Made by a program: the position numbers and the translations under genes. A stretch of DNA of 64,000 bases. Source: Octopus bimaculoides (Eukaryota). The stretch covers positions 19,529,640 through 19,593,639 of the forward strand of contig NC_068985.1 of assembly GCF_001194135.2 (NCBI RefSeq), in the 5' to 3' direction. Below, in pieces: positions 50,813-64,000 of the stretch (positions within the stretch are counted from its first letter, which is position 1; each line of letters opens with the position of its first letter). The notes beneath the pieces are model-generated. The model had not been told where the DNA came from. It was given only the letters and a program-made list of their open reading frames with translations, and did no database searches.

Positions 50813-53236
50813 CATGGACTGAAGAAGTCACAAAGAAAAAGGAAATTAAATCTGTATATTCTATATATCTTTTCCTTATTCACTGATTTCAGATTCAAAC
50901 CTCTAATCTCACTAAATATTATGAAGAAATGATTGCCTCCCTTGTATTAACTGTCCACTAGGGGACACCACATGTTTTAATGTAATGTTAGAGAGCATGA
51001 GCTAAATTATAACTTTCTAATTTCTCTTACAGACATATTGATAGCATCAACATGGCTGATTTCAATCCGACAGAGGTTATGAAAAGGCATCCTGAACTTA
51101 CAAGTCCTGGATGCCAACCAGAGTGATTCAGAGATTGACAGCTCTTTTTTAAGTTGGCCAGATCTTTTGTGTTCAGTAGCAGGAAAGAGCTGGAGGCCTC
51201 TAGCTAGGGCATGCCTTCCATCTCCAAGAGAATGAAGCATTTTCAATAATCAAATGTTCTCAGAATATCTTTTAGCTTTTCATTGTTTCAATCATTGGAC
51301 AGCAACCATGATACAGGCCTAGGTTTGATCAAACTACATTGTGTCATCTTGGTGTATGTTGCAAGACCTGAAACCCCCAGGATTCAGCACTGAATATAGG
51401 ACCAAATATTGCATCTGAAGGTGTATGTAGAACTGAAATGTATGTAGCCTTACAAAAAAAGGTATCTAGAAATAAATATATGCTTATAAAAATACAATAT
51501 TATTAGTCAAGGGCTAATTTTTATTATTATTATTATTATTATTATTTTGGTTTTTTACAAGTATGCCTTTTATTTCCAGCTAACTTTTTAATGTTCCCCA
51601 AATTAATTATTGCACTAATTTCATTGTTGTTTTTCATACTCCAACCAACATACTATTTAGTATATTTAACTGGTGATTCTTTCAGCAAGTAATGGTAAAG
51701 GATATGCCTTGCTCATGATGTCAGGATAAGAACAAAACATGTCTGGAGTTGTCACCTGTACTAATTGGAAAAATGAAAATAATATTAGTCATTTATTACT
51801 ATGATTTTTTTGTCTTTTACTGTATATTTATTACTAGTTAATAGATTTAATACATTGAGAATCAAGAAGTAAACTGTAAGTAACTTATAGAATTTGGAAT
51901 AATTAACTAAAACTCTCTTAATGCTTAGTTTCATCATGCTGGCTAATATATTTTACCTTCTGTCTAATACTATACAAAAATTAGTAGAAAGTATCATTAT
52001 TCTAAATTCATCTATTTTCTAAGTGTTAGATTTATTTTTTCTTTTTCTATTTTCTAAATGTTGATACTTATAGCCTTCATTATCACTTGGTAATGTTATA
52101 AACAGTAATAAATGTTCAAAAATGTTTTTATTAGAGAGGCAAAGAAGCGTCCTGTAACACTTTTTTCATGAAAAACAAATAATTAAATTGGTACAAACAT
52201 ACTAAATATATAGTGTGCCAAACATTTGATTAATTATAGGAAAAAAAAAAGACTATGTTCCACTAAGAAGATCTAATAAAACCTTGTTGTAAACAATGTT
52301 ATATCATTCAAAGAACTGTTTCAGTAATATGTGGTTGTAGCAGTTCACATGGTAATTGTGTTATTGGATTATTAGGGATAGCCAACATAGTAGGAAACAT
52401 GTAGTTTCATTCTAGCATAGTATTAGTGTGTGGCTAGTTCATATCTCTAGTAAAGACCACTACACAACCACTATGATATGATTCTATTCTACTGTTGTAC
52501 AATATAACACAACACAACTCAATACATAGCTTATCAATCAAGAGTAGCTGCACATTCCTAGGTGTCAACCAATGAAATCCAAGTATTTATTGAATGAGTA
52601 TTATATAGCAATTGGCATACTTCTGTAAGTAAGATGTCCAAACATGAAGTATTTCTGTAAAAGTAACAACTACATCTATCAGACATGACAAGTAGCCATT
52701 ATTTACCATTCTCATAAAAAAAAAAAATGTCAGTTTGACCTTGTTAGATAACACATAAAAAAATCTGTCTCAGAAAGTTCATTTCATTTGTTTGAACTTA
52801 TTTTTTAATAAAATTTTGCTGCAATGAAACCCAACCTTTTATCATAATTATTTTCTTTATTGTTTTCACATTTCAAAACAAATGAAATGCCTCTCATATT
52901 AGTGAATAACAAAACATGTTTATATAATGAATATTAGTTTTTAATAATGGGTGTCTGCAATAAGAATAATGCAGGCTACTTCAGCTCCTTTTCACTAATA
53001 AAGGTTTAATGTAAAAGGGGAAAAAGCACTCTAAAAGCTATTTAGCACAGCATAGTTAAAATATCTTAACATTCTAATTGCAAATTTCCAGTTTATCAAG
53101 AATTTGTTTAATTGGCTATCAAAACGATATTGTTTTTGACAAGCATTTTATTTTTCCTATAGTCCAGCATGGCCATAACTGATTTGCTGAAGCTAGTACA
53201 AGAATATCTGTAAACATAAGTTAATCCTTTCTCTTT

Positions 53237-53278
<42 letters not shown>

Positions 53279-56200
53279 TAACCTTTCTATATTCAATGCA
53301 TCATAACAATTATGGTATGTCAGAGAGTAGACCAACAATCATAGATCTTATCTTGAGAAAAATGACTATTTCTTTCTGTTGAAATAAAAATGTATGATAT
53401 GACATAATAGCAGACAGTTTGCTATCACTGACAAAATTCAGTAACTGAATATTAAATAAACCTATTATTTAATATTATTAGAACAGCTGTGCATTACCAA
53501 CCAGAAATGTTTATTATTTTTATTTTACCAATTTTATTGCATTATCCTTAGAGAATTGCATATGAAAAACTATCTTGAAATAATGCATATGTATATGTTA
53601 GCATTTGTTATGACTTATAGTTACTTTGATTTATAAATCACAGGATACTTTGGTAAACTTGATCCTTTTTTAATAAATTCCAAATGATTTTACAGTTCAA
53701 ACACAGAAAGAATGCATATATTATAAAGTAAAAATGTAGATGTAAACATACACTTATGATTTAATGCTCTATTTAAAGATTGTAAATCAAATGATAAAGT
53801 AGAATAATTTGAGAGGCAATGACAAAAATAATTAGTATTCAAAATGAACATTGATTTCACCCTCCAACTCCCTACTAAAATGGATATTCACCATTGACCA
53901 TGCATCCACATGTGTTCACCATTCACCTCTATCCCCATCTTTATCTATCTGAACACTTTCCTTTCACACCCTGTCCATTTCTCTGGACTACTCTTATGTT
54001 CACCTTCCTATAACTTGAGGGTATGACCTGACACCTCTTCACCACCTCTCCTTTTGCCAACTGGGGTAGCCATGTGCCTTTTCTACTAGTAGGCATCTGT
54101 CAGTTTCTAGAGATCTGCATCCTAAGAAATTGTATGATGGTGATGGTGGTGCAGTGCCTACTGTGGTTGTAGAGGCCCACATGGGAGTGGCAGTCACACA
54201 TACAGTAACTGCATTTGAAGGAGCTCTCTATCAGCACTACTGGTTTTTCCTTTCACTCCTCTACTGCAAGACACCTTTTTCTTGCCAGGGGATGATAGGT
54301 TAAAGTATGGTAGAAGGAAAGAAAAGGGCGTCTCTTCTACTGCAAGACACCATTTTCTGTCCCTCTCCCATACTTTAACCTGTCATCCCCTGGCAAGTAC
54401 CCATCTCCCTCAATACTACAGCCCCTCAGTTGAAAGGGTTTTGTTTTATAAGCTATTTATTGACCTCACTAGTGCTGGTGCTAAGTAAAAAAGAAGCACC
54501 CAGTAGACTTTGTGATATGCTTGGCATTAGGAAAGGCATCCAGCCATAGAAACCATGGCAAAACAGGTATTGGAGCTCGAAACATTATTCTCCTTCCCCC
54601 TTTATCTAATCAGTACAGTTATTTATCCTGCTTGAATTTTAACATACTTCACAGTAAAAGATGATTTGGAAATTAATAACTGAAGCACATAAGCATAACC
54701 AGTAAATGTCAAAGTAAAAACAATAATAGAAACATTAAATTATTTATAAGTTTGTCAATTGCAGGAATAATCTTCATATCTAATCTAGTAAATCAGGACA
54801 AATGCCATTGATGACCTAGCTGTCAGCATGAAATATAAAGAATTTACTGAAAAGCACAGGAGAGAAAAGACTGACTGTTTTATTTGCTACCTAAATATGT
54901 CATAATCATTATTCATTCCAATTGTTACATTCAATATCTGAATCAACAAGGTTATATGAATGTACAATGAAGACTATCATTAAAGTGGTGACCACAGTTT
55001 ATTGCAGTATCTCTCTCTTTCTCTCACACACACACACACACAATGCACGCACACACACGTATGTATATGTATGCATATGCACAATAGATGGAAATGTTAA
55101 GGTGTAAGTCTCCTAATCATTATGGTAATGAATTAAAATATGGTAACATGTGAGAATTGTGTTTTCTTTGCCTTACTGAAGACAGTAACTATTTCAACAG
55201 CTGCTTTAGACTATTTAGCACCAAAACGTGAATGCTTAAATGTGTGTGTGTGTGAAAGAGACAGAGAGAAGGTGCATGGTCTAGTGGTTAGGGTGTTACA
55301 CTTATAATCACAGGATCGTAGTTTCAACTCCCAGTTGGGTAGTGTGTAATGTTCTTGAACAAAACACTTCACTTCATGTTGCTCCAGTCCATCCAGCTGT
55401 AAATGGGTAACCCAGCAATGGACTGACATTCCTCTTTTTGTTGTGCAAGAAACAAGGCAATTTCACTAGTATTGGCTATTACTGTGTGTAAAAGCCACAT
55501 GCTTTAATGGGACTCTAAAGTCAAACTACTTCGATAAGCATACACACATACTAACATATAAACACCACAAGTCTTGTGAAATACAGCTACCCAGAGTTTC
55601 CTGGCCAAAACAGGTGAGTGTTGGCAACAAGAAGGGCATCCAGCCATAGAAAATCCATCAAAACAAAATTTCTCCAGCCCATGCCAGCATGGAAAGTACA
55701 TGTTACGATGATGATGATGATTAATAGCATTAGTATTATTAATACTAAGTCTCACTTGAATAGAATATACTTTAATATCGATTATTAAAATTAAATCACT
55801 TTTTTTCTACATGCTCTGAAATTGAATGACACGATCGGTACACTATATATGTGTGTATGTATGTTTGTGTTAAATATACGCAATTGTATTTGGATTATGA
55901 GAATGACACACTACCTTACTGCACTACCAAGGCCTTTGTGCTTGAAAAGACACTACAGGCTAAGTAAAAGCATGGTTGCCCTTGCATACAGGCTCATCCC
56001 CCACAACCCTCTCCAGCTGACCATCCCTAATCTTGCAGGCTTATAGGTGCTGGTGCCATGCAAAAAGCACCCAATACACTGTGTAGTGTTTGGCATTAGG
56101 AAGCGCATCCAGCCATAGAAACCATGCTAAGACAGATATGGAGCCTGAACAGCCCTTCAGCTGGTCAGCTTCTGTCAAGCCATCAAATCCATGCCTGCAT

Positions 56201-59200
56201 GGAAAACGGATGTTAGATGATGATGATGTATTTGTGCCAAGTTAAGGAATATAAAGGGACACACACAAGTATGTACATGTGAACTTCAGCATGGTTTCCT
56301 CAACCAAATTTGATTCTCGTAGTGTTGGTAAAACTGAAGCTATGGCAGAAGACACTTGTCCAAGGTGCTTGATGTGAAATTGATCGTGTAACCATACAAT
56401 TGCAAATCAAACTTCTCCAGTACTTAACCAGACAGTCATGTCCCATTGTAAATCATGTCAGGCTTGTGAAAGCTTCACTAAAGTAAATTATATGTGGCAG
56501 CTTATTATATGGGTATACAAACTGGTACGAAATTTTGGCATAAAGCCAGCAGTTTTGAGCAAGGGGACTAGGTCGATTATATCAACCACAGTGCCCAACT
56601 GGTGCTTATTTTATCGACCCTGAGAGGATTAAAGGCAAAGTCGCTCCCAGCAGTATTTGAACTCAAACATAAAGGCAGACAAAGGCATTTTGCCCAGCCT
56701 GTGGTCTTAATGAGCATACAAATTAATATTTATGTGATTTTAGATGAATTTTGAATTTTATGTAGTTTCTTATGAGTTTTTGCTTGTAGTTCTTAATCTT
56801 TTCAGAAATTACTTTTGATCATTTTTATTCATGTCTTCTGTTCTCCTCCCACAGAATGTTGTCTGCTGTTGTGCGTGCTTTATGTGTCATTTTTATGTCG
56901 CTTCTGATTTATTATGAAATGAGAGGATTGGCAGACTAGTATCACTGGAAACATTTTAACATATTCTCTATGAGCAGTTTGTGTGTTAAAAGACATTGAA
57001 TAGATATTTTCTGAGAGAGTCTATACAGAACAGCAATCAATAATTTTACATAGAATAGCTGTCCATAATACTGGTCTCTTTTAACTATTAATACCAATTT
57101 GCCAGAGACAGCCACTACTAAAGTATTCATATTTAAGTTAAAATCGCAGTCAAAATCTTATTTATTATAATATGAGTAATCTGGTGAAATTTCAGTTGGT
57201 CAACATTGCATGCCAACTTAAGTGAGTGTCTTTTACTAAAGCCATAGGCTGGTCAAAGCTTCATGAATGGATCTGGTAGATGGAAACTAAAATAAGCCCA
57301 TTGTGTGTGTGTGTGTGTGAAAGAGAGAGGGAAAGAGAGAGTTGGTGTCTCTTTGCCATCATACAAGCAGAGTTCTTCAGTTCTAGTCTTGGAAAATATG
57401 TTCAGCCAAGGGAGGAAATATTACCTGACTTGGAAACAGGTGAGCGCTAGCAATATGAAGGGCATCCAGCTATAGAAAATTTACCTCAACAAATTCCATC
57501 CAACTCATGCAAACATAGAAAAGTGGACGTCAAAAGGATGAAAATAAATCCAGAAATCGTGAATAGTCAACTCACAAGAAATATAGTCATGAAAAGTTAA
57601 AGAGTAAATTTAAATTCATTCAATAGTGTGATACTTATATTTGATAGGCAGAGGTACCTAGCACTGCCCAATAATGTATCTAATTGACATGAGATGAAGG
57701 AGCGTAGTCTAATCCTTTAGCATTTAAATCAGCCAAATCTAGCCTCTCATACTTACCCTGCAATGTCATTCTCAAAATAAACAAATTGTATCATCAAAAT
57801 CCCAAAGCTATGATATGATGCATAATTGATTCAAAACAATGTCAATAAAGAAGCATTATAATTGATGGAGTAATCCGAATGCCAAAGGATAATGCGAAAA
57901 TTGGCTGCTATATATGTCAGATCGAGCTAATATGTAGAGGTCTTGTTTATTGATTCATGCATACATATAAACACACATGGGACAGTAGGAAAGTGAGGGA
58001 GATTTAGTATATTTCTATCATTTCAAAATACATGGTGCCGGTGGCATGTAAAAAGCACCAACCGATCGTGACCGATGCCAGTACCCACTGACTGGCTCCT
58101 GTGCCGGTGGCACATAAAAAGCCCCATCCAAACATGATTGTTGCCAGGCCCACCTTACTGGCCCCCATGCCAGTGGCATGTAAAAAGCACCCACTACACT
58201 CTTGGAGTGGTGGGCATTAGGAAGGGCATCCAGCTGTAGAAATTCTGGCAGACCATATTGGAGCCTGGTGCAGCTGCTGGCTCTCCAGACCTCAGTCAAA
58301 CCATCCAACCCATGCCAGCATAGAAAACGGACATTAATCGATGATGATGATTGTAGAAGCTCCATCATTAAATGAGATAGTAAAGAGCGCTTTGATAGAA
58401 AATTGATTGCTATTTCAGTCAGGTGTAGCTGCAACATGTATTGGCATGTATTGTAAGAAACAGCTGGGTTTCTTTTTCCAACATTCAACCCACACAAGTT
58501 AATGTGCAAAAAATAAAATAGAAATTTTGAAAGAAGTATCTATAAAACTAGTTTTTTAAACATCAAATGGCTACGTGGGTTCACTAGAATAAAATAGTAT
58601 TCAAAGGGGTCCATAGAGAAAAATTGGTTTGATTTGACAATCCACTCAAGAAGGGTTTTACAATAAACTTTTCACCTCAAGGAGTTGTCAAGCTGCTATC
58701 ATCATCATCATCCCTCCTTGCCCTCACTCTATGTCATGTCTTTTGTGTGCTTCTAATACTTTCTCTAGTCACCATTCCAGAGAGAGGAGAGAGATACAAA
58801 GAGAGAGAGAAAGACGAGCAGGACAGAGACAGACAGACAAAAAATTAAACAGACAAAGAGGGAGAGAGACAGACAGCAAAAGATAAAAGACAGAATGAAG
58901 AAGGGAGAAAAACAGTTTGACATCACATAAAAATAATTTTGCCTTTTGTTTTTTAACACAACCACACTTTCAACACATTTTGCCGAATACTCCTCCATTT
59001 CAAATTTCTCTTTTTCTCCATCTCCCTTCTTGACAGACAGTAGGGTGTGGTTTGTGGGGGATTTAGCCATATTTCTCAAAATAAATGTTATGCAACTTTC
59101 ATGTGAGATGGTGAACAATAATATATATTGTTTTGTGGGTGTTCATTATGTAGAACTTGAATAGAAGGTAGACACAACTGATATATATACTATCTTACAT

Positions 59201-62200
59201 GGGCAAGACAGTATTGACTAAATATAGCACACTTAACAGACATATATTTGTGTAACTATTCTATACATGTTCTATATGTATGTGCAGAGAAGAAAAATTG
59301 AGTATAATAAACTAAATTCACTATGTTAACTTGCAAATAGGTAAAATGTGATCTGTAATAAGAAGTGGCTATCAAAGATTTTAGCTGGTATGAACAGAAA
59401 AGACAATATTTGTGTTGATATGGATATACTCTGATCAAGCAGACTTATGTCCAAAAGTATTCTAATCGTGACCATTCCCCATTTTATTTTAGTAAACCAC
59501 ATTATCCAATATACCCTTTCGGTTCCAAGATTGTAGGATGTGATATAAGGAAGATTTAGTTTCTGCTTCTATTAGATCAAATGATCACAAAGTTTCTTTT
59601 GTCACTGACTTATGGAAGGTGAAACATAATAGTAATAGATTTGGGACTATCTAAGATATAGTTTGAGTAATTATAAAAATGTTGGAAGCAATGTGGTTGG
59701 GATCATGCACAAATGAAACATCTAAGAAGATACTGCATTGTGAACACATCTATAGAAGTAAAAGGATATAAATAGTAAAATGATGTTGATAGATATTGTG
59801 TGATGTAATTATACTGTTTATATATTTTATTTGTGAAGGCTGATGGTCTAATAGTTACACTATTGCAGATCATTAGATCATGGGTTTGATTCCCTGACTG
59901 GGCAGTGCATTATGTTCTTGAACAAAACACTTAATTTCATGTTGCTCCTGTCTCCCTTTCAATCAGTGGGGAATGTTGGCCTGCTTGCCTAGCCAGCAAG
60001 GTAGCATCATTTGAAGGCTAAAACAATGCAAAAATGCATTGTGATCAGCAATGTGTAACATCTGATAACCTGGTTGATCATGTGATATCTTTTATACTTG
60101 TTTCAGTCATTAGACTGCAGCCGTGTTGGGGCACCAAATTAAAGAACTCTAAGTCAAATGAATTGATCCCCTTACATATTCTTTTTAAGCCTGGTACTTC
60201 TATCATTTGCCAAGACACTACCCATGCCTGCATGGAAGGTGGACGTTAAACGATGATGAAACACATCAACACCAGTTGTCAAGAGGTGGTGAGGAACAAA
60301 CACAGATACGAAGATACACACACACACACACACACACACAATGAGTTTCTTTCTGTCTCCATCTACATAATCCCCTCACAAGGCTTTAATCAGTCCCAAG
60401 GCTATAGTGGAAGATACTTGCCCAAGATGCCATGCAGTAGGAACCATGTGATTAGGAAGCAAACTACTTACCACTCAACTATGCCTGCACCTATCATAGC
60501 CACACCTACACATAATTGACTATTTATCTTACATACAATGTCAGTCTAAGTTACTATCTATCTGAGTCATACATCTTCCAAATTTTTCTTTTAAAAGTAA
60601 TAAACAACATGATTCTGTCAATAATTCAGACAGAAGAAACTGCACCCAGTGCAGTCAGTAAATTGGCTGGCAAGTGAATAGTGTCAATGGAAAACTCATT
60701 AATCTTTCTGAGGAAATGTTGGTGCTACCCAGTACATTTTATAAAGTAGTTGGGATTTGAAGAGCAACAAGTTGATGTTCTGAACAGTGAATTTAAACAT
60801 ACTGAGTATTATAACATAGAAATTATGAGGTGAAATGTATTTGGATGAGTAGAACAGCAACTACAAGAAGTGTGAGATGTGAATGATTAAGTTAAGGGTT
60901 GATTATCTTAAGTGTTATAACATAAATAAGTGAGAAATAACTGAAATAACTTGATTTAAGAAAGTTGGGGATTGGCTGCCTTGAGTGAGCCACTGAGGTG
61001 TACCCTGTAGGCCTCAGATCATCATCAATTTCCAAACATTACAGTTGCAAGTTCTTGGATGCAGAGGACTTGTTACTTGACTTTCATGGCATATAAATGA
61101 TCATTATTAGTTCATCTGTCATTGTCAATGATGACTAAGGATATCACATGGGAGAAGACCTGNNNNNNNNNNNNNNNNNNNNNNNNNNNNNNNNNNNNNN
61201 NNNNNNNNNNNNNNNNNNNNNNNNNNNNNNNNNNNNNNNNNNNNNNNNNNNNNNNNNNNNNNGGGGGGGGCATGGTGTGTCCAGCTGTGGTCAATCAGTC
61301 TGATGCATGCTCTGCTGCAGGTCAAGGACCAGTGGTCTGTTAGGACTGAAAGCAAGGGGTTGGCTCTAGACTTGCACACTTCATGTCTACTTTGTACCCC
61401 TGCAATCCAAGATCACAACATTCCCCTTGAACAGGATGCCACTCCATTGCAGAATAACTCATTTACAGCTGGGTGAACTGGAGCAATATGAAATGTAGTG
61501 TTTTGCTAAAGAACACAACACACCACCCTATTCAGGGATCAAAACCCATGAGTACAACACCCTAATTACTACACCATATACCTTCACTAGGCCTCAGACC
61601 TTTTCTAAAGATTTCCGTAAATTTAATCTATTTGTGGTTCATTTGGTAGTCAATGGCTTTTAGATCACCTTTTGCATTATGAATTCTTTAATATTTTGCT
61701 TACATAAACATTACCAGTGGTGGTAAAGTGATGATAATTGAAGATATTTTCATATGCAAGATGTGATAGAATATACATGCAAGTCATAGGCAAGTTTTAA
61801 ACCAAAAGAAAGCAAGCAAAATAGAACCGTTACAAACTGTAGTTGCTAATCTCTGATCTAAAGGGTGTGACTACTGAAGCACATGACACTAAAACATATC
61901 TTATATCTTTTATCCTTTACTTGCTTCAGTCATTGGACTGCGGCCATACTGGGGTATCACCTAAAAGGGTTTTGCTGAACAAATTAACCCCAATATATAT
62001 TTTTCTAAGTCTGGTACTTATTCTAATGGTTTCTTAGCTACAACTGTTAAGTTACAGGGATGTAAACAAACCAACACAGATTGTCAAGTGGTGGAGAACA
62101 AACACAAAGACACACACACACATATATAATGACAGTTTCTGTCAAGCAAATTTATCACAAAGCACTAGTTGGTCAGAGGCTATAGTAGAAGACCAAGATG

Positions 62201-62529
62201 CCATACAGTAGGTTTGAACCCAAAACCACTTGGTTGCTAAGCATGCTTCATAACCACACTGCCATATCAGTATATTTATCAATTCATTCCAATTTAACAA
62301 CCACATTCCATGATTGCATGGGCCAGAGTTTTTTTAGGCTGATTTTCTACGGCTGGATGCTCTTTCTGTTGCCAACCCTCACTGGTTTCCAAACAAGGCA
62401 ATGTTTCCTCATAACCAGACACGTTCTCACTGTATACTGGAAATGACACTGCACGTATGACAGTGACAATCATTTACAACTACACACAGCATCAAGACAA
62501 GGAGACACAAACACACACACATACTTATA

Positions 62530-63213
62530 TATGGTCTGAACAATAAGTATCTGGACTGTTGCCATAGTAACACAGCTAAAGCATGCAGAGTGAAGCCACT
62601 TGGCACAGATAGACCTTGAACTCTGCTGTGTATGTGCTGTTTACAACAGTGCTTAGAAGGAAGGTGTGTAGTGTGTGATCATCGCATAAATCACAACACA
62701 GAAAGTTGAGAAGAGAATCTGCATCAAATTTTGCCAAAAGCTTGGCTATACCTGCTCAGATGCCTATGCAAAGTGATAACTCATAGATGGTGATTTGATG
62801 ATTTCTCCTCGCAATTGCACTCACTTCTGTGATGTTTTTCTCAGTTCTGCTGGTTGCGGGACTCCCAGAACATTCATCAATATTGACATTCTTTCAGCCA
62901 TCTTGGAAACGTTTGAACCACTCAAACACTTGCATGCGACTCATACACTCCTCTCCATACACTTTCTGCAACTTTGTGTAGGCCTCTGAGCAGGTATCGC
63001 CATGACAACTTTCCCTGTCATGATCAATGTGACAATTACATGCTACACACCTTCCTTCCAAGTACTACTGTAAACAGTGGAAGTGAGCAAGAATGTTAAA
63101 ACTTAGAGTGCATGCACAGCAAAGTTCAAGGTCAGTCTTTGCCAAGCAGCTTCAATCTGTGTTTTAGCTTTGTTACTATGGCAATAATCTGGATACTTAT
63201 TGATCAGACCTTA
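62530..63213. mobile_element. Mariner-derived fold-back element composed of two inverted 5' ends
   Basis: TA-flanked TIRs (TATGGTCTGAACAATAAGTATC / reverse complement TAAGGTCTGATCAATAAGTATC). The left arm encodes EKRICIKFCQKLG. The right arm (minus) encodes GDTCSEAYTKLQKVYGEECMSRMQVFEWFKRFQDG...SGSPATSRTEKNI. Confidence 0.88.
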
Positions 63214-63729
63214 TATACACATCCAATGGGTTTCTTTCAGTTTCCATCTACCAAATCCACTTAGAAGTCTGTAGTCTATCTTGAGCTATAGTAGAAGACA
63301 CCTACCCAAGGTGGCATGAAGTGGAACTGAACACGAAACCATGTTGTTAGGAAGCAAACTTCTTACCACACACCTACGCTTGTGCCAATATAGAAATATA
63401 TAATCAAATAAACATTGTTTCTTGATTATATATTTTTCAATATAATCAAATCCCATACACTAGATTCACAGAAATATTCAAGTAGATGCTCACAATCCTA
63501 CTTCAGTTTCACATCTACTAAGAATTGCTTGTATCCACTTAGATAGCAGCATAGAACTAAGACGGATTCAATTATACACTTACTAACACACACATATTAC
63601 AAATTCTATGCTTATGTGCATTATGAGACATACACAAACCAGCTCTCTTTCTCTTGTCTCATCATCATCATTGTCATTTAACATTCGCTTTCCATGCTGG
63701 CAAGCCAGATGCCTGCACCAGGTTCCAAT

Positions 63730-63767
<38 letters not shown>

Positions 63768-64000
63768 GATATATTTGATCCGTTATATTGAACACTCAAT
63801 ATTTCATCTACATTCAATACTTTCTTTCATGGTGCCATCCATTTTTATTTTATTTTATTTTATATTATATATTGTATATTCCATATTCTATACCCCACAT
63901 TGGTTCTGCAGGAATATAAATAAAACATAAAAAACAGACAGTGTTGGAACTCTTTTAAACAAAATAATATATTCCTCTATACACAATCAAACAAAAAAAC

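Larger units (their letters stand above)
4128..61262. other. Nine assembly gaps: 4128-4531, 13979-14299, 21906-22162, 25632-26062, 29686-30221, 32423-32578, 38653-38752, 47441-47967, 61163-61262
   Basis: Runs of N. Three are flanked on both sides by (TA)n microsatellite. Confidence 0.99.

Noticed and set aside
51102-51240. Minus-strand exon MLHSLGDG...LASRT with donor CTT|GTAAGT
   Set aside because: There is an in-frame stop just upstream, no compatible downstream exon was found, and it overlaps an equally plausible plus-strand candidate.
3345-63380. Orientation bias of the main SINE family (roughly 19 minus versus 7 plus by hand count)
   Set aside because: The manual count includes fragments, the skew is modest, and it spans both the gene and the upstream region, so it does not identify a transcribed strand.

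Overview
Eukaryotic, AT-rich, repeat-dense draft sequence with nine N-gaps. The SINE, RTE and MITE families look like an octopod cephalopod (Octopus); this is an inference from repeat recognition, not a database result. Almost all ORF-track entries are microsatellite, gap or transposon artefacts. I can support one host gene on the minus strand. It has a CpG-rich promoter near 24.5 kb, a non-coding first exon (donor after 24372), an ATG exon (22271-22469), a probable 36-nt microexon (15278-15313) and an exon at 5078-5163. These splice in frame to MSMAPLSAISTQQPK-ASHLSPLPTQRS-KEKPSEVLAEVKISPPPASSMAKHRQLTT. The gene probably continues beyond the left edge and I do not recognise the protein. The rest is introns or intergenic DNA with decayed RTE, CR1/L2, Penelope, Gypsy, piggyBac, mariner and hAT remnants, SINEs and minisatellites. 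The most notable observations are: (1) a near-canonical minimal hammerhead ribozyme motif beside a very young non-coding repeat, plus two older decayed hammerheads within about 6 kb; (2) a fold-back mariner built from two 5' ends, each carrying an RFX X-box; (3) the microexon, frame-switching tandem acceptors and stacked uORFs of the host gene; (4) a Gypsy 3' end and a telomere-like hairpin in the promoter region; (5) a speculative divergent plus-strand spliced transcript with micropeptide ORFs.
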